Shown here one piece after another: positions 27,909 through 37,667 of a stretch of 64,000 bases of DNA. Within the stretch, counting starts at the first letter, position 1. Each line of letters opens with the position of its first letter. The DNA lies in IMG/VR virus record IMGVR_UViG_3300035659_000003, positions 1-64,000 of that record. One strand, 5' to 3'. Position numbers and translations under genes: made by a program. The notes under the pieces are model-generated. The model saw nothing but the letters and a program-made list of their open reading frames with translations, had not been told where the DNA came from and did no database searches. The stretch is from a virus.

Positions 27909-29630
27909 CTATGCCTCCACTATGATCCGGAATGCCGTGTCCCAGCCCAGCTCAAGCCAGCCCCGAGAGGGGTCGCCAGAACCCGCCGCCTCGCCCTGCG
28001 AGTACCCCATAAAGTGTGCCCATCGGATGCGGATCGCATCTCGGTCAGAGCGCATAACCGCGTAGCCCACCCACCGACCATCCTCCTCGCGATACATAGG
28101 AGCGGCCTTGCTGATCGTCTTAGCAAACGGGCACCTGTCGTCCATCTCCTGGCCCGAATTGCTACACCCGTAGGGACGCGCCGTGTTGATCTTGGCGATT
28201 TGAACGTAGACGTTTCGGGGGACAACGCCCATATGGTGATAGAACTGATAATCAGAGCTGCCGACGTTCTCGTGCAAGGTGCTCCACCATGGGCCTACCC
28301 AGTGCTGACCCGATATCCCTTGGCGCGCCACATTCTGCAGGGCGGAGAGCTTCAGCCCCGCGTCATTGAGTGGTAGGCCCAGGTCGACCCGTGTCACGCC
28401 CTCCGGCGCGCTGTATGACCAGCGGCTGATCACGAAGGACTGGGCCTCGACGCCTGGTATCCCCTGCACGAAGATACGATAGCCTGGCAGGGGCAGCCCG
28501 CCAAACGCGGTACGCGGGATACCGACCGTGGTCAAGGTCATCTTGCGGCCCCTGTAGTAGTCGTCGTACCCATCCCCCTCTAGCTTAGCTTTCGCGTCCT
28601 TTGTGAGGGCATCCTTGTCCGTCTCGCCCACGCGCACCTCGCTCGCATCACGCTGCACGCGGAAGCGACCATAAGTGGGAGCCCAGGTAGTCTCTCTCGC
28701 GGCGCTCTCGCTATCGGTATCGGGATCGACAATCCCGTAGGAGTGCAGCGTGGGATTGCCCTCCAGCCCCGAAGCCTCCCCCGTACCCATCGCGTATGCC
28801 CGCGTGTAGACATCATAGGCGTGGTCGAAGACCTGGTAATCGGTAATCGTTACGCGGTTTGCGCCGTGCTCCTTCCAGGCCCATCGGATACTCTCATCCC
28901 ACCACAGCCGCCCACGCGGGAACACCACAAAGCGCTGCATTGTTCCCATGCTCTGCCGAAAGTCCCACCCACTGCGCACGCGGTAGGGTATCTTCAGCCA
29001 CGAAGCCCCGTTGCACAGTTCCTGAATAACCTGGAGAATACTCTTCGTTGGCGTGTGCAGGTAATCCGGCGCGATATAGTCCCCCGCGTAGTTTACCTCC
29101 TCGCCTAAGTAGTAGAAGCCCGTGAACGCGTGACGAGGACTCATCGCGAGCGCATAAACAACGTAGTAGCGAGGAACGCCACACTGCCCGCCTGGGTCTT
29201 GGCCGTCCCGACAGCCGGTGCTGTTGATCCCTGGCACGGCCTCTCTCCAGTTAGGCACCCGACGAGACCAGGCGTCGATGGGCATAAAACCACCGTTAGG
29301 CATCGGATGACCTACCGTGTTGTCGGCCAAGGCCGCCAGGAAGTCCCTGGCCCGTAGCTGCCAGATATGCCCTACGTTGGTGGTGTGGATAGGCTTAACC
29401 TCATCTATGCGTCCGGAGAACAAGGGATCATTCCCGTAATCTGGATCAAGCACGCGGATGCACGACAACAGCGCCGGAGGGGTGCCGCCCGAAGACCCAC
29501 ACTCTACCTCAAGCTGACTGGGATGATTCGAGTAGTAATCCAGATGCACGCGGTAAGTATGCGGAAGATCAGTCCAGCTAGGAGGATATGCCCCGCCCTC
29601 GCCATATTGGACTTTCAACATTCTTGCCAT
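27909..29630 (-). CDS. tail tip/baseplate hub protein
   Basis: LFSGRI....ARDFL..L layout typical of gp27-like hubs; follows the TMP and Dit-like genes. Confidence 0.6.
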   Translation of the reverse strand: MARMLKVQYGEGGAYPPSWTDLPHTYRVHLDYYSNHPSQLEVECGSSGGTPPALLSCIRVLDPDYGNDPLFSGRIDEVKPIHTTNVGHIWQLRARDFLAALADNTVGHPMPNGGFMPIDAWSRRVPNWREAVPGINSTGCRDGQDPGGQCGVPRYYVVYALAMSPRHAFTGFYYLGEEVNYAGDYIAPDYLHTPTKSILQVIQELCNGASWLKIPYRVRSGWDFRQSMGTMQRFVVFPRGRLWWDESIRWAWKEHGANRVTITDYQVFDHAYDVYTRAYAMGTGEASGLEGNPTLHSYGIVDPDTDSESAARETTWAPTYGRFRVQRDASEVRVGETDKDALTKDAKAKLEGDGYDDYYRGRKMTLTTVGIPRTAFGGLPLPGYRIFVQGIPGVEAQSFVISRWSYSAPEGVTRVDLGLPLNDAGLKLSALQNVARQGISGQHWVGPWWSTLHENVGSSDYQFYHHMGVVPRNVYVQIAKINTARPYGCSNSGQEMDDRCPFAKTISKAAPMYREEDGRWVGYAVMRSDRDAIRIRWAHFMGYSQGEAAGSGDPSRGWLELGWDTAFRIIVEA

Positions 29631-29631
29631 G

Positions 29632-30090
29632 CTAACCCCCGCTCGGCGGCCAGGCGATGACTGTGAACGTTAGGGAGTATTCCCAGAACGTCCGGCCCGC
29701 CGTCTTCTCTACTTGGCCGCCGGAGAACACCGTCTTGTAGGTGATGACCTGCCCGTCGCGCTTCCAGTAGGTCAGCAGCACCGTTGACTGGGGATTCGTA
29801 GCCGCGTTCCAGGATACCATCAAGTCCTTCCAAGACTTGCGGACGGCCTCCAGCAACTGCCACACCGTCACCAGATACAGGGCCTGGCGGTCGTCCTCGA
29901 TGATCCCCTTGAGCGTTATGTTCTGGGACAGCTCCCCGAAGTCAATGGCAAACGCGCGGGGTGTTCCGGTAACGTAGTCGCCAGGCATCGGCATAATAGA
30001 GACCGGACGGGTTAGCTGGTGAACGGACTGCTCAACGTGCAGCCAGTACTGCCCGCCTGTTCCTGGGACGATTAGAACGGTATCTGCCAT
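29632..30090 (-). CDS. distal tail (Dit)-like protein, paralogue 2
   Basis: LHVE...PMP...AF.IDFG....ITLKG.I; position. Confidence 0.55.
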   Translation of the reverse strand: MADTVLIVPGTGGQYWLHVEQSVHQLTRPVSIMPMPGDYVTGTPRAFAIDFGELSQNITLKGIIEDDRQALYLVTVWQLLEAVRKSWKDLMVSWNAATNPQSTVLLTYWKRDGQVITYKTVFSGGQVEKTAGRTFWEYSLTFTVIAWPPSGG

Positions 30091-30091
30091 C

Positions 30092-30589
30092 CTAGTTCCA
30101 CTTTATCACGGATAGCGACATGACGAATCCCCAGTATGGTTTTGCGCCCACGCGCGTCAGCGTCAACTGGCCCCACAGCACCGCAAAGGCCTGCCCCGCC
30201 TGGTTGTCCATCACAAGGCTCAGCAGCGTGTAATTCGTGGGCTCCATCCCCATCTCGTAGCGCTTCCAGCTCGTGCGGAACACTCGCTCGACTTCTGGCC
30301 ACGCCATCCAGGTTCCGCCCTTGTCGGGATCATCCGTATCGTGACGAGGCTCGGCGTTCGCGTCGTAGATGGTGCCCTCAAGCCTAATGGTCTCACTCAT
30401 CATCCCCAGGTCTAGGACAAACGCGACGGGCTCGCCAGTCGAGGCCTTGTTCACCATCGGCATCGGGATGACGGAGGGGTCGCGCTGAGGCGCGATCTGA
30501 ATCCTCTCTACGTGTAGCCGTCGTGACTCCCAGCCGCCGTAGACGCCTGGATACTGAATACTGATGTCTACACCAGAGAGATCGTTCAC
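30092..30589 (-). CDS. distal tail (Dit)-like protein, paralogue 1
   Basis: LHVE...PMP...AF.LDLG....IRLEG.I; directly after the TMP. Confidence 0.55.
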   Translation of the reverse strand: MNDLSGVDISIQYPGVYGGWESRRLHVERIQIAPQRDPSVIPMPMVNKASTGEPVAFVLDLGMMSETIRLEGTIYDANAEPRHDTDDPDKGGTWMAWPEVERVFRTSWKRYEMGMEPTNYTLLSLVMDNQAGQAFAVLWGQLTLTRVGAKPYWGFVMSLSVIKWN

Positions 30590-31707
30590 TAGGGTTTGCC
30601 TTCCCGACCCGCGTCAGCTTGCTGTTTAGCAAGCATGCGCTCGAGTTCCTGGCGCATAACCCAGGGATCACTCGTGTTGATGACGACGTTAAAGGTCGAG
30701 GGCGCAGCCAGCCGATTAGCCTCCGTCTGTGCACTGACCCAGGGCGCAGGGGCTTTGCTATAAAGCTGACTGCTTACCTCCATCCCGACGCCCACCCCGA
30801 GGCCGAGCCCAGTACCCACAATCGCCCCTGGAGGGCCAGCGATGCTGCCACCGAGCGTCGCCCCGCCTGCGGTCGTCCCTGCGATATCCCGCAGAGTCTC
30901 GTTACGGCTTCTGTCCTGGTTTGTGGCCAGGTCGTAGGCGCTCAAGCCCCCGATCACCGCCCCAGTAGCACCGATCATTGGTTTATTGAGTAGCATAGGC
31001 ACAGCTCCGCCGCCTGGGACGCCGCCCTTACCGCCGCCTACGCCTAAGAACCCAGAGATTCTTTGCAGTACCAGCATCGACGCAAGGGTACCGGCGATAG
31101 TCAACAGCGGGTCTCTAACTAGGCTCTGCATCCACGCCTTCATCGTAGTGCTGCCCAAGTCCCATATCGCGCCCGCGATCTTCCCAGGATTCATTTCCTT
31201 AATCCCCTCCACTAGCTCCTGTAGCGGAGGCCAGATCTCGTTCTTGACAAAGTTCATGAAGCGGATAACGCCCTCGCTGATCTTCTCCAGCACGCCGGAC
31301 GTTATCAGCCACTTGACCAGCATTGACATGCCGATCATAAGAACGTTGAATAGGGGAATGAACGGCATCAGGAGCAGGTCAATCGCCGCCCCGAACATCT
31401 TACCCATCGCGCCCAGGTAGGTGCCCGCGATGCGGCTTTGGCCCAGGACGCCCTGGATGCCGAGGTTGATGCCCATGAGCGCCGCGACGGGCTTGAAGAT
31501 GGACATGAACGTGGGCGAAGTACGAATGCTCTTCTCGAGGTTAACAGGCTTGCCACGGATGCGCTCCTCGCCGCCGCCCGCCGCCATGCCTGTCGCCTGC
31601 TCCGACGAAAAGCCCATGCGCTCCAGCACCCTGCCGAAGTCATCGGCAGAGAGGATCATCTTGACTTGAATCTCGCCCTCGACGCCGCCCGTGCCTGCTG
31701 TCACCAT
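30589..31707 (-). CDS. short tape measure protein
   Basis: Gly/Ala-rich hydrophobic helices; follows the frameshifted chaperone. Confidence 0.7.
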   Translation of the reverse strand: MVTAGTGGVEGEIQVKMILSADDFGRVLERMGFSSEQATGMAAGGGEERIRGKPVNLEKSIRTSPTFMSIFKPVAALMGINLGIQGVLGQSRIAGTYLGAMGKMFGAAIDLLLMPFIPLFNVLMIGMSMLVKWLITSGVLEKISEGVIRFMNFVKNEIWPPLQELVEGIKEMNPGKIAGAIWDLGSTTMKAWMQSLVRDPLLTIAGTLASMLVLQRISGFLGVGGGKGGVPGGGAVPMLLNKPMIGATGAVIGGLSAYDLATNQDRSRNETLRDIAGTTAGGATLGGSIAGPPGAIVGTGLGLGVGVGMEVSSQLYSKAPAPWVSAQTEANRLAAPSTFNVVINTSDPWVMRQELERMLAKQQADAGREGKP

Positions 31708-31708
31708 C

Positions 31709-32295
31709 TTACCGCCTCATCGCATCTAGCTCGGCTTGTCTCCGCTCCGCTATGAACTCGTTTATGTGGAAGTACGCCCAGACGTCCTCTTCCGACATCA
31801 CCTTCAGGTCGGCGTAAGGAATACCAACCTGGAGCAGGGCAAACTCCACGGCTTTTCTGACTATCAGGAGGTCGGTTAGCTGAACGCGCTCTCCCGATAG
31901 CGCCCTAGCTACTCTTTTTTTGTTGCCGCCGAGATGCCAGATTCGACCGCAGATGGGATGATCGTGGCGAGCTGCTCACCGACCTCGCGCCGCAGCTTGC
32001 GGAGCACCAGCACGTTAACGGGGAAGGGGGCCTGTGTGATCATGCGCTTCAAGCACTCCTCCACGTAGACCTCGATGTGGAACCGGCTGCGCAGGTTCCC
32101 CGTCTCATCCTGATAGTACTCGGTAGCCGCGCTCAGGGCCAGGTTCTTCTCCCAGTAGGTCAAGTCCTTGTAGACCACGGTGCCGGTCTTGCCGTTGATC
32201 TCGATAGTCAGCTCTTTGACGTTCGCGTCGTCCACTACGACATCCGCCATTGTGATGCCGCCCTCGCTTGTCACCTTTGCCGGTCGTCCGCTCAT
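31709..32295 (-). CDS. tail assembly chaperone with a -1 frameshift extension (gpG 31909-32295; gpGT ends at 31709)
   Basis: A AAA AAA slippery site at 31915-31921 just before the stop; the -1 frame stays open 68 codons to the TAA at 31709. Confidence 0.8.
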
Positions 32296-32304
32296 ACTCC
32301 CTCC

Positions 32305-32796
32305 TTATGTGATCCCTGGATCGCCGCTTACACTAACCCAGTCCATCCAGTCCTCAACTGCCTGCAGCCCGTCGGGGCCGCCCACGAAGCCGTGCTCCCT
32401 ATGCACTAGGCCCCGTGCCGGATCATACCGCCATTCGGGATGCGCCGCCAGCCAGTCTAGCCAGATTCGCTCGACTCGCTCGCACCACGCCCGCTGTCGG
32501 TCAAACGGCAGGGCCGTAATGTCATACTCCATGCCCATCCGATTCTTAGCCTCGCGATGGTAGCCCGCCTGGGCACCCAGGATGCGCTCCCTGACCTCGG
32601 CGTCCGGTATTGCCCGAACCGTCGGATCGCCTAGATACTGATCATGCGGGTTATGGAACCAGCGCAGCGCCTTGACTAGCTCGTCGCATACTGCATCCGC
32701 GACCTTCTGCGGCACGGTGTTCTCCACCGCCGTGTTTAGCTGGTAGCTCTCAAGGTCAAAGTCTTCAGGGAAGCCCTGACCCATGATGTAGAACAT
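32305..32796 (-). CDS. hypothetical protein
   Basis: ORF track; tail operon. Confidence 0.55.
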   Translation of the reverse strand: MFYIMGQGFPEDFDLESYQLNTAVENTVPQKVADAVCDELVKALRWFHNPHDQYLGDPTVRAIPDAEVRERILGAQAGYHREAKNRMGMEYDITALPFDRQRAWCERVERIWLDWLAAHPEWRYDPARGLVHREHGFVGGPDGLQAVEDWMDWVSVSGDPGIT

Positions 32797-32804
32797 GGCC
32801 TAGT

Positions 32805-32954
32805 TTATGGGTCGCGCGGACGGGATGGCCAGCTTATCCATTTTCGCTGCGTAGGGCACACCCTGTCCGGCTGAACAAACCTCTCAGGGCCTGGGAACGG
32901 ATCGTCTCCAGGCAAGATTGGCGTCTTCGTTTTGGTATCAGTTTCCGTAGCCAT
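32805..32954 (-). CDS. 49-aa hypothetical microprotein
   Basis: My translation MATETDTKTK...RPRDP fills the gap after the tail tube gene. Confidence 0.3.
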   Translation of the reverse strand: MATETDTKTKTPILPGDDPFPGPERFVQPDRVCPTQRKWISWPSRPRDP

Positions 32955-32956
32955 CT

Positions 32957-34021
32957 TTAATTCGCGTAGATGGTAACGTCGCTCACGTCCCAGGTCGCCA
33001 TTTGCGGCACGAGGCCAGTAGGCGGCGCGGGAATGTGCGCAGGGGCGCTGAGCAGGACGGAGCCTGGATGCGTCGTCGAGAACCCGCCGGTGGAGCAGAT
33101 GATCGTAAACACCTGGCCAGTGGAGCCCGTGTCGCCCATAGTATTGAACTGCATGTAGATCTGCCCGCCGAGGGTCGGCCCAGGCCAGGTGGTTGCGCCC
33201 TGGTCGAGCAAGAACTCCCAGACGTTTCGGTCGATATTAGGATCGGACAGGTCAAGTTCTGTCTCCAGACGGTAGACCTGCTTACCTGGCACCAAGTCCT
33301 TCGGATGCTGCGCGCCATCCGCGCTATCCGCACGGGCCAGGTAGTACTTCGCCTCGATCTGGTTATCAACGGTCAGCGAGAACCGGCGCACGTGAGCAAC
33401 GGTTAGGCCAAGAATCTGAATCTCCGCCGAGGAGAACATAAACCTGCCCGCTGCCGAGGGGCCTGGGTCTGTACCTACGGTAGCGCTAGCAGAGTACTTG
33501 GCGTGACCCGACAGTGGATACGCAAGGGCAGTAGAAGTATGGATCATGTCCTTGAACAGAATCTCGTCCAAGCCGATCCGAAGCTCCTCGCCCTCGTTTG
33601 CGAAGATGGTAGCACGGTTGACACGCCCGCCCAGATAGTCGCGGATCAGGGGGAAGTAGCCGTCAGTATCCCGCAGCCCCACGGCCATCGTAAACGACGG
33701 GAAGGGAATCGTAACGCCTCGGAAGTCGTCCTGGTAGTCGTCGCCGACCTTCTTGCCCAGGATCATCTCCAGAATGCCTGCGTTGCCACCCTGCATGCGG
33801 ATATCCGGCACGGCTCCCCTGAAGGACTGGCGGCCCCGCAGAATAGTCTGGCGGCCCCGCGTCGAGAAGATGCCGAAGTACGGATACCATTCATACTCAG
33901 GATCGGCCACGTTTACGACCTCATGGATTCCGAATCGCTTCCAGCCGCTGACGGGAAGGGAGCCGAAGGTCGACTCCTTGGCCCAAAGTACTGAGGCGCG
34001 CTCCGTTCTGATGATACTCAC
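32957..34021 (-). CDS. major tail tube protein
   Basis: WAKESTFG start, FPSFT, GGRVNRATI...GEEL, FSLTVDN. Confidence 0.7.
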   Translation of the reverse strand: MSIIRTERASVLWAKESTFGSLPVSGWKRFGIHEVVNVADPEYEWYPYFGIFSTRGRQTILRGRQSFRGAVPDIRMQGGNAGILEMILGKKVGDDYQDDFRGVTIPFPSFTMAVGLRDTDGYFPLIRDYLGGRVNRATIFANEGEELRIGLDEILFKDMIHTSTALAYPLSGHAKYSASATVGTDPGPSAAGRFMFSSAEIQILGLTVAHVRRFSLTVDNQIEAKYYLARADSADGAQHPKDLVPGKQVYRLETELDLSDPNIDRNVWEFLLDQGATTWPGPTLGGQIYMQFNTMGDTGSTGQVFTIICSTGGFSTTHPGSVLLSAPAHIPAPPTGLVPQMATWDVSDVTIYAN

Positions 34022-34037
34022 TTACTTCACCTCTCTC

Positions 34038-34676
34038 TTAGAATGCGTCCGGCCTCGGCGCGCGTGCGGGAGGCACCGGAATCTCCGGCTCCTCATGCGC
34101 GTTTTCTGTCAGTGGTGTGCGCTGCGGCACCGGCTCGGAGGCCGATGGTCGTGATGGCGTCTCGTAGCCCGTAACGATGCCCGTGACAACCGGCACGAGC
34201 CGACTCGTCAGGCGGATATTACAAGTGCCACGCCAGTAGCGGTTCAGGCCCTCGGACTGCTCCTGAAAGCCGTCCCAGTAGAGCTGCTGATAGGGCCGAA
34301 TCACCCGCTGGTAGGTGTATATGATTCGGCGAACCTCGGACATCAGGTTGTAGAGCCGCTGACGGCTGTGCATCGTATGAATCTCAAGAGGGGACAAGAT
34401 GTCCACGTCCTTGAACTCGTAGGAGAATCCGCGCTGCTTCTCGTCGACTCGCGTCTCCCCGATCACGATGTAGTCGGATCGCTTGAGCCACATCTGCTGT
34501 GCGTCCTGCTGCACGTCGTCCTTGATGCGAATCGAGGGTTTCGGCAAGGCTCCGGCAGTGATCCAGGCCCAGTCAATGAGATCGCGCATGATCTCAGCAG
34601 GCACGGGCTCCGCGCCAGGCGTCGTCAAGGACGGGGTCGGGAGGGTGATTAGACCCTCTTGCACAGTCACGCCCAT
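34038..34676 (-). CDS. tail terminator/completion protein
   Basis: Position before the tail tube gene; LEIHT..SRQRL..LM.EVRRI. Confidence 0.55.
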   Translation of the reverse strand: MGVTVQEGLITLPTPSLTTPGAEPVPAEIMRDLIDWAWITAGALPKPSIRIKDDVQQDAQQMWLKRSDYIVIGETRVDEKQRGFSYEFKDVDILSPLEIHTMHSRQRLYNLMSEVRRIIYTYQRVIRPYQQLYWDGFQEQSEGLNRYWRGTCNIRLTSRLVPVVTGIVTGYETPSRPSASEPVPQRTPLTENAHEEPEIPVPPARAPRPDAF

Positions 34677-35776
34677 TAGAGGATCACCACATACCGAAGA
34701 TGATCGGCGCGCTCCAGCGCCACTTCATACCATTCCCTGACTTTTTCGCTCTTGCTCAGCTCGTTCAACCCGCTAGACAGCCAGCCAGTCTGGTCGCTAT
34801 TACGTGCCAAGTCAGCACCCACTAGCCGGAGGATGATGTGCTGCACCTCAGCCATCTGAGGGCTAGTTTCAAAGTCCTGCCCTGCGAGGTAGTCGATACT
34901 CACGCTGCGCGGCTGCCGCAGGTAGCGGCTCAGCAGGAAGCTGTAGTAGCGTAGCCGGAAGGACGGGAGCATGAAGTAGAACATCCCCGAGTAGGGGTCT
35001 AGGAACCAGTCCTTGCCGCGCCCCTCCCGCATAGCCTCGAACGCCGTCCCCTGCCAGAGCCCCACGTTCATCACCATCTGCGGCGGCTGAATACGTAGCC
35101 GCATCCCATAAGGATTGAAGTCGTGCGTCTCCCCCCACACCATCTTGTAGCGCCACGTCCGGCGGCAGTACTGATCGAGCCAGTCCTCCTGATCACGGAT
35201 GGCGTGCCGGACAACGGATACCTCCGGTGCCGTCACGTCCGTAAACGAAGGCAGGCTCAGGAACTGCGCCACGTGGTTGTAGGCGGCGTAGGTGTTATAC
35301 ATCAGCGGGCGCGCCTGCTTCAGGGTGAGCGTCCCCGCTACCGATGAGAAGCTGATGCGAATCCAGAACTCCGTCGTAACGTCGTTCGGCGGATTCTCGG
35401 TCTTGGGCCAGTTGCTCGCCGCCGAGGGAGTGTCGAGTCCCCAGGCGTACGGAGAGCGCCCCCAGTAGGCCGCGCCGTCGCTCTTGAAGGTGAAAGCGCG
35501 GTCGAACGTGTGGCCGGTCATAATCGTCTGGTAGACGTCCTCTAGGTGCACGGCCCGCCAGTCGTCGCCATCCCACAACGAGATGGTGTAGCCGACGGCA
35601 GAAGGGTACGCGGACAAGAAGAACAAGATGCCGGACGTCCAGTCGTCCATACCTAGATACAGCTCATCAGCCGTCTGGATCGTGAGGGCCATATCCGAGT
35701 CCGCCAGCGCGGTCTTGTCAGTCCAGGTGCCAGGCGCTCCTGGCCTAAAATGCCACACCGCCGCGAAAAGCTTCAT
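34676..35776 (-). CDS. head-tail adaptor with an extra N-terminal beta domain
   Basis: C-half YA....VAQFL...DQED.LDQYC.R.W...Y.AG pattern. Confidence 0.55.
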   Translation of the reverse strand: MKLFAAVWHFRPGAPGTWTDKTALADSDMALTIQTADELYLGMDDWTSGILFFLSAYPSAVGYTISLWDGDDWRAVHLEDVYQTIMTGHTFDRAFTFKSDGAAYWGRSPYAWGLDTPSAASNWPKTENPPNDVTTEFWIRISFSSVAGTLTLKQARPLMYNTYAAYNHVAQFLSLPSFTDVTAPEVSVVRHAIRDQEDWLDQYCRRTWRYKMVWGETHDFNPYGMRLRIQPPQMVMNVGLWQGTAFEAMREGRGKDWFLDPYSGMFYFMLPSFRLRYYSFLLSRYLRQPRSVSIDYLAGQDFETSPQMAEVQHIILRLVGADLARNSDQTGWLSSGLNELSKSEKVREWYEVALERADHLRYVVIL

Positions 35777-35779
35777 GAC

Positions 35780-36025
35780 CTAGTCCTCGTCTACCGCTAC
35801 CTCGGCGCTGCCCTTGGCGTCGACCTTGATCACTACTTGAGTCTCGGATACCGTCTTGGTCGTGGGTCGCCGCGTTTGCACCGGACGTCGACCAAGCCTG
35901 CGCGCGCTGCGCGTCGGCGTAGCGACACCAGCCTCCATGATCAGGTTGCGCCCGAACACGCCCGCAAGGGCGTTCAGGTGGCTCCGCTGGGCCTCCTCCA
36001 GCAAGGCCATATCACGTGTGTTCAT
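35780..36025 (-). CDS. hypothetical protein (start trimmed to MNTRDM)
   Basis: ATG 4 nt after the upstream stop. Confidence 0.45.
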   Translation of the reverse strand: MNTRDMALLEEAQRSHLNALAGVFGRNLIMEAGVATPTRSARRLGRRPVQTRRPTTKTVSETQVVIKVDAKGSAEVAVDED

Positions 36026-36029
36026 GGTT

Positions 36030-36851
36030 CTACTCGGATTCGCTCCAGATGAGACGGATGTATTCGATGACGCCGATTTCCTCAATGCCGTCCGGAAGCA
36101 TGGACACGCCGATGCTGCCCACCGTGTGGACTGGACGTGCATTAAACCAGTTGCCTCCGCCCTCGACCAGGGATAGCGGCTGATAATCGGAGGGGCCGAT
36201 AGCTAGAACGTCCTCCCCCAGAACTCCGCCCTTGGGCGAATTGATAATGGTAAGGATGTCTACCCCCGCCCCTCCTGGGCCTTGGACTGAAAAGAGACCG
36301 CTAACCGTAGTGAAGCCCCTTATGCCATCGAAGGTCAGAACTTCGGTAAGGCCCGCAGCAATTTCTGAGCCTACTCCCAGCCATAGTTCCAACTGGTCTA
36401 TCTGATTGCCCACGCCCGCGCCCGTCTTCCAGAGGTAGAAGTAGTAGGTGTGCGGCAGCCCATCAGATATCAAGCCGCCAATCGGAGTGGCAGTCAACCA
36501 GCTCGTTCCGGACGCGTCGAGAACCGGCGCAGGGACGGCGATTGTCCGGTCAAATATCAAGTTGGCGGGAAGCTGGTCGTCCACATAGACGCGGACGCGC
36601 AGGTCGTTGCCGTCGTCAACCGTGAAGTTGACCGTCAATTGAAGAGCGACACTCAATACCGTGAACCTAGCGTCCGCTGGCGTAGCAAGAGTAATAGGAA
36701 CAGCGAAGTCAGCCGCGCCCAGTCCTGCGGCCTCTGCCACTGCCGCGATAACAAGGGGCGCGCCAGGCACCAAGTCGCCGGTGGTAAGAGCCCCTGGGGA
36801 ATAGGCTGCGTCCCTGACCGCGTTTACTTTTCCGTCTCTGATGATGGCCAT
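36030..36851 (-). CDS. putative virion structural protein
   Basis: Beta-rich, Gly/Ala-rich; head operon. Confidence 0.5.
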   Translation of the reverse strand: MAIIRDGKVNAVRDAAYSPGALTTGDLVPGAPLVIAAVAEAAGLGAADFAVPITLATPADARFTVLSVALQLTVNFTVDDGNDLRVRVYVDDQLPANLIFDRTIAVPAPVLDASGTSWLTATPIGGLISDGLPHTYYFYLWKTGAGVGNQIDQLELWLGVGSEIAAGLTEVLTFDGIRGFTTVSGLFSVQGPGGAGVDILTIINSPKGGVLGEDVLAIGPSDYQPLSLVEGGGNWFNARPVHTVGSIGVSMLPDGIEEIGVIEYIRLIWSESE

Positions 36852-36852
36852 C

Positions 36853-37224
36853 TTACCGTCCTACCTCTACTAGGTAAACGAGGATGCCGACGTCTACGCC
36901 TACGCCGCCGAGCGGGGCGACTACTTCAAGTCCGTCGTCCGAGCTAAAAAGAATCTCCTCTTCGGGAATCCAAGCGCCGGACTGCTCCGCGCTGAGCGAG
37001 ATTGTCCGGAGAGGAACCGGCCCGCCCACTACGCCGGATACCAGGTATATCTCGACATCGACTGTGGAGGCCACCGAGTAGTAGACGCCTACTGCGTCCA
37101 CGCGCCAAGCCGCACCGATCTGCTCGGTGTCGACGGTCAACGGCGCGCCAAGGGCAAAATCACTAAAGCGCAGCAACCTGCCTCTCGTGCCAGATATCTC
37201 GTCTGCTTTCTTTTCAAGAGCCAT
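36853..37224 (-). CDS. putative virion structural protein
   Basis: AGGAG RBS; beta-sandwich-like. Confidence 0.5.
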   Translation of the reverse strand: MALEKKADEISGTRGRLLRFSDFALGAPLTVDTEQIGAAWRVDAVGVYYSVASTVDVEIYLVSGVVGGPVPLRTISLSAEQSGAWIPEEEILFSSDDGLEVVAPLGGVGVDVGILVYLVEVGR

Positions 37225-37233
37225 GTATCTCTC

Positions 37234-37605
37234 CTACCCGATTAGCTTCACCACGAGCGCCGCGATTCCCGACGCCACACCTGCTGCCGCGATGGTTGTA
37301 GCAACCACATAGCGAACAGCGTCCTTGATCGTGATCACGCCCTTCTTGAAATCCTCCAGCTTGTCAAACCGGCCCCCACAAACGGCAACCTGTTTGCTGT
37401 AGTTACTCGCCGCCGCCGTCTGTTGATGATTCACGACGTTGCGAAGCGCCTCAAAGTCTTGACGACTAACAACTGCGTCAGCGCGGTCGCTTGAGGCACC
37501 CGAGGTCACACGCTCCTCTAGTGAAGTCAGACGATCATCGATCCCATTAAGACGGTCACGGATACCGGCCAGGACTTCGGTATAGGTTTCGTTGCCGTTT
37601 GCCAT
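37234..37605 (-). CDS. coiled-coil protein with a C-terminal TM (holin/XhlA-like layout)
   Basis: Heptad N-terminus, single C-terminal hydrophobic helix; GGAGG RBS. Confidence 0.5.
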   Translation of the reverse strand: MANGNETYTEVLAGIRDRLNGIDDRLTSLEERVTSGASSDRADAVVSRQDFEALRNVVNHQQTAAASNYSKQVAVCGGRFDKLEDFKKGVITIKDAVRYVVATTIAAAGVASGIAALVVKLIG

Positions 37606-37667
37606 GTCCGGCCTCCCTGTTGATTGGGGCGGGGTGATTTAGTCCCCGCCCCGTAGTTTATTCAGGT

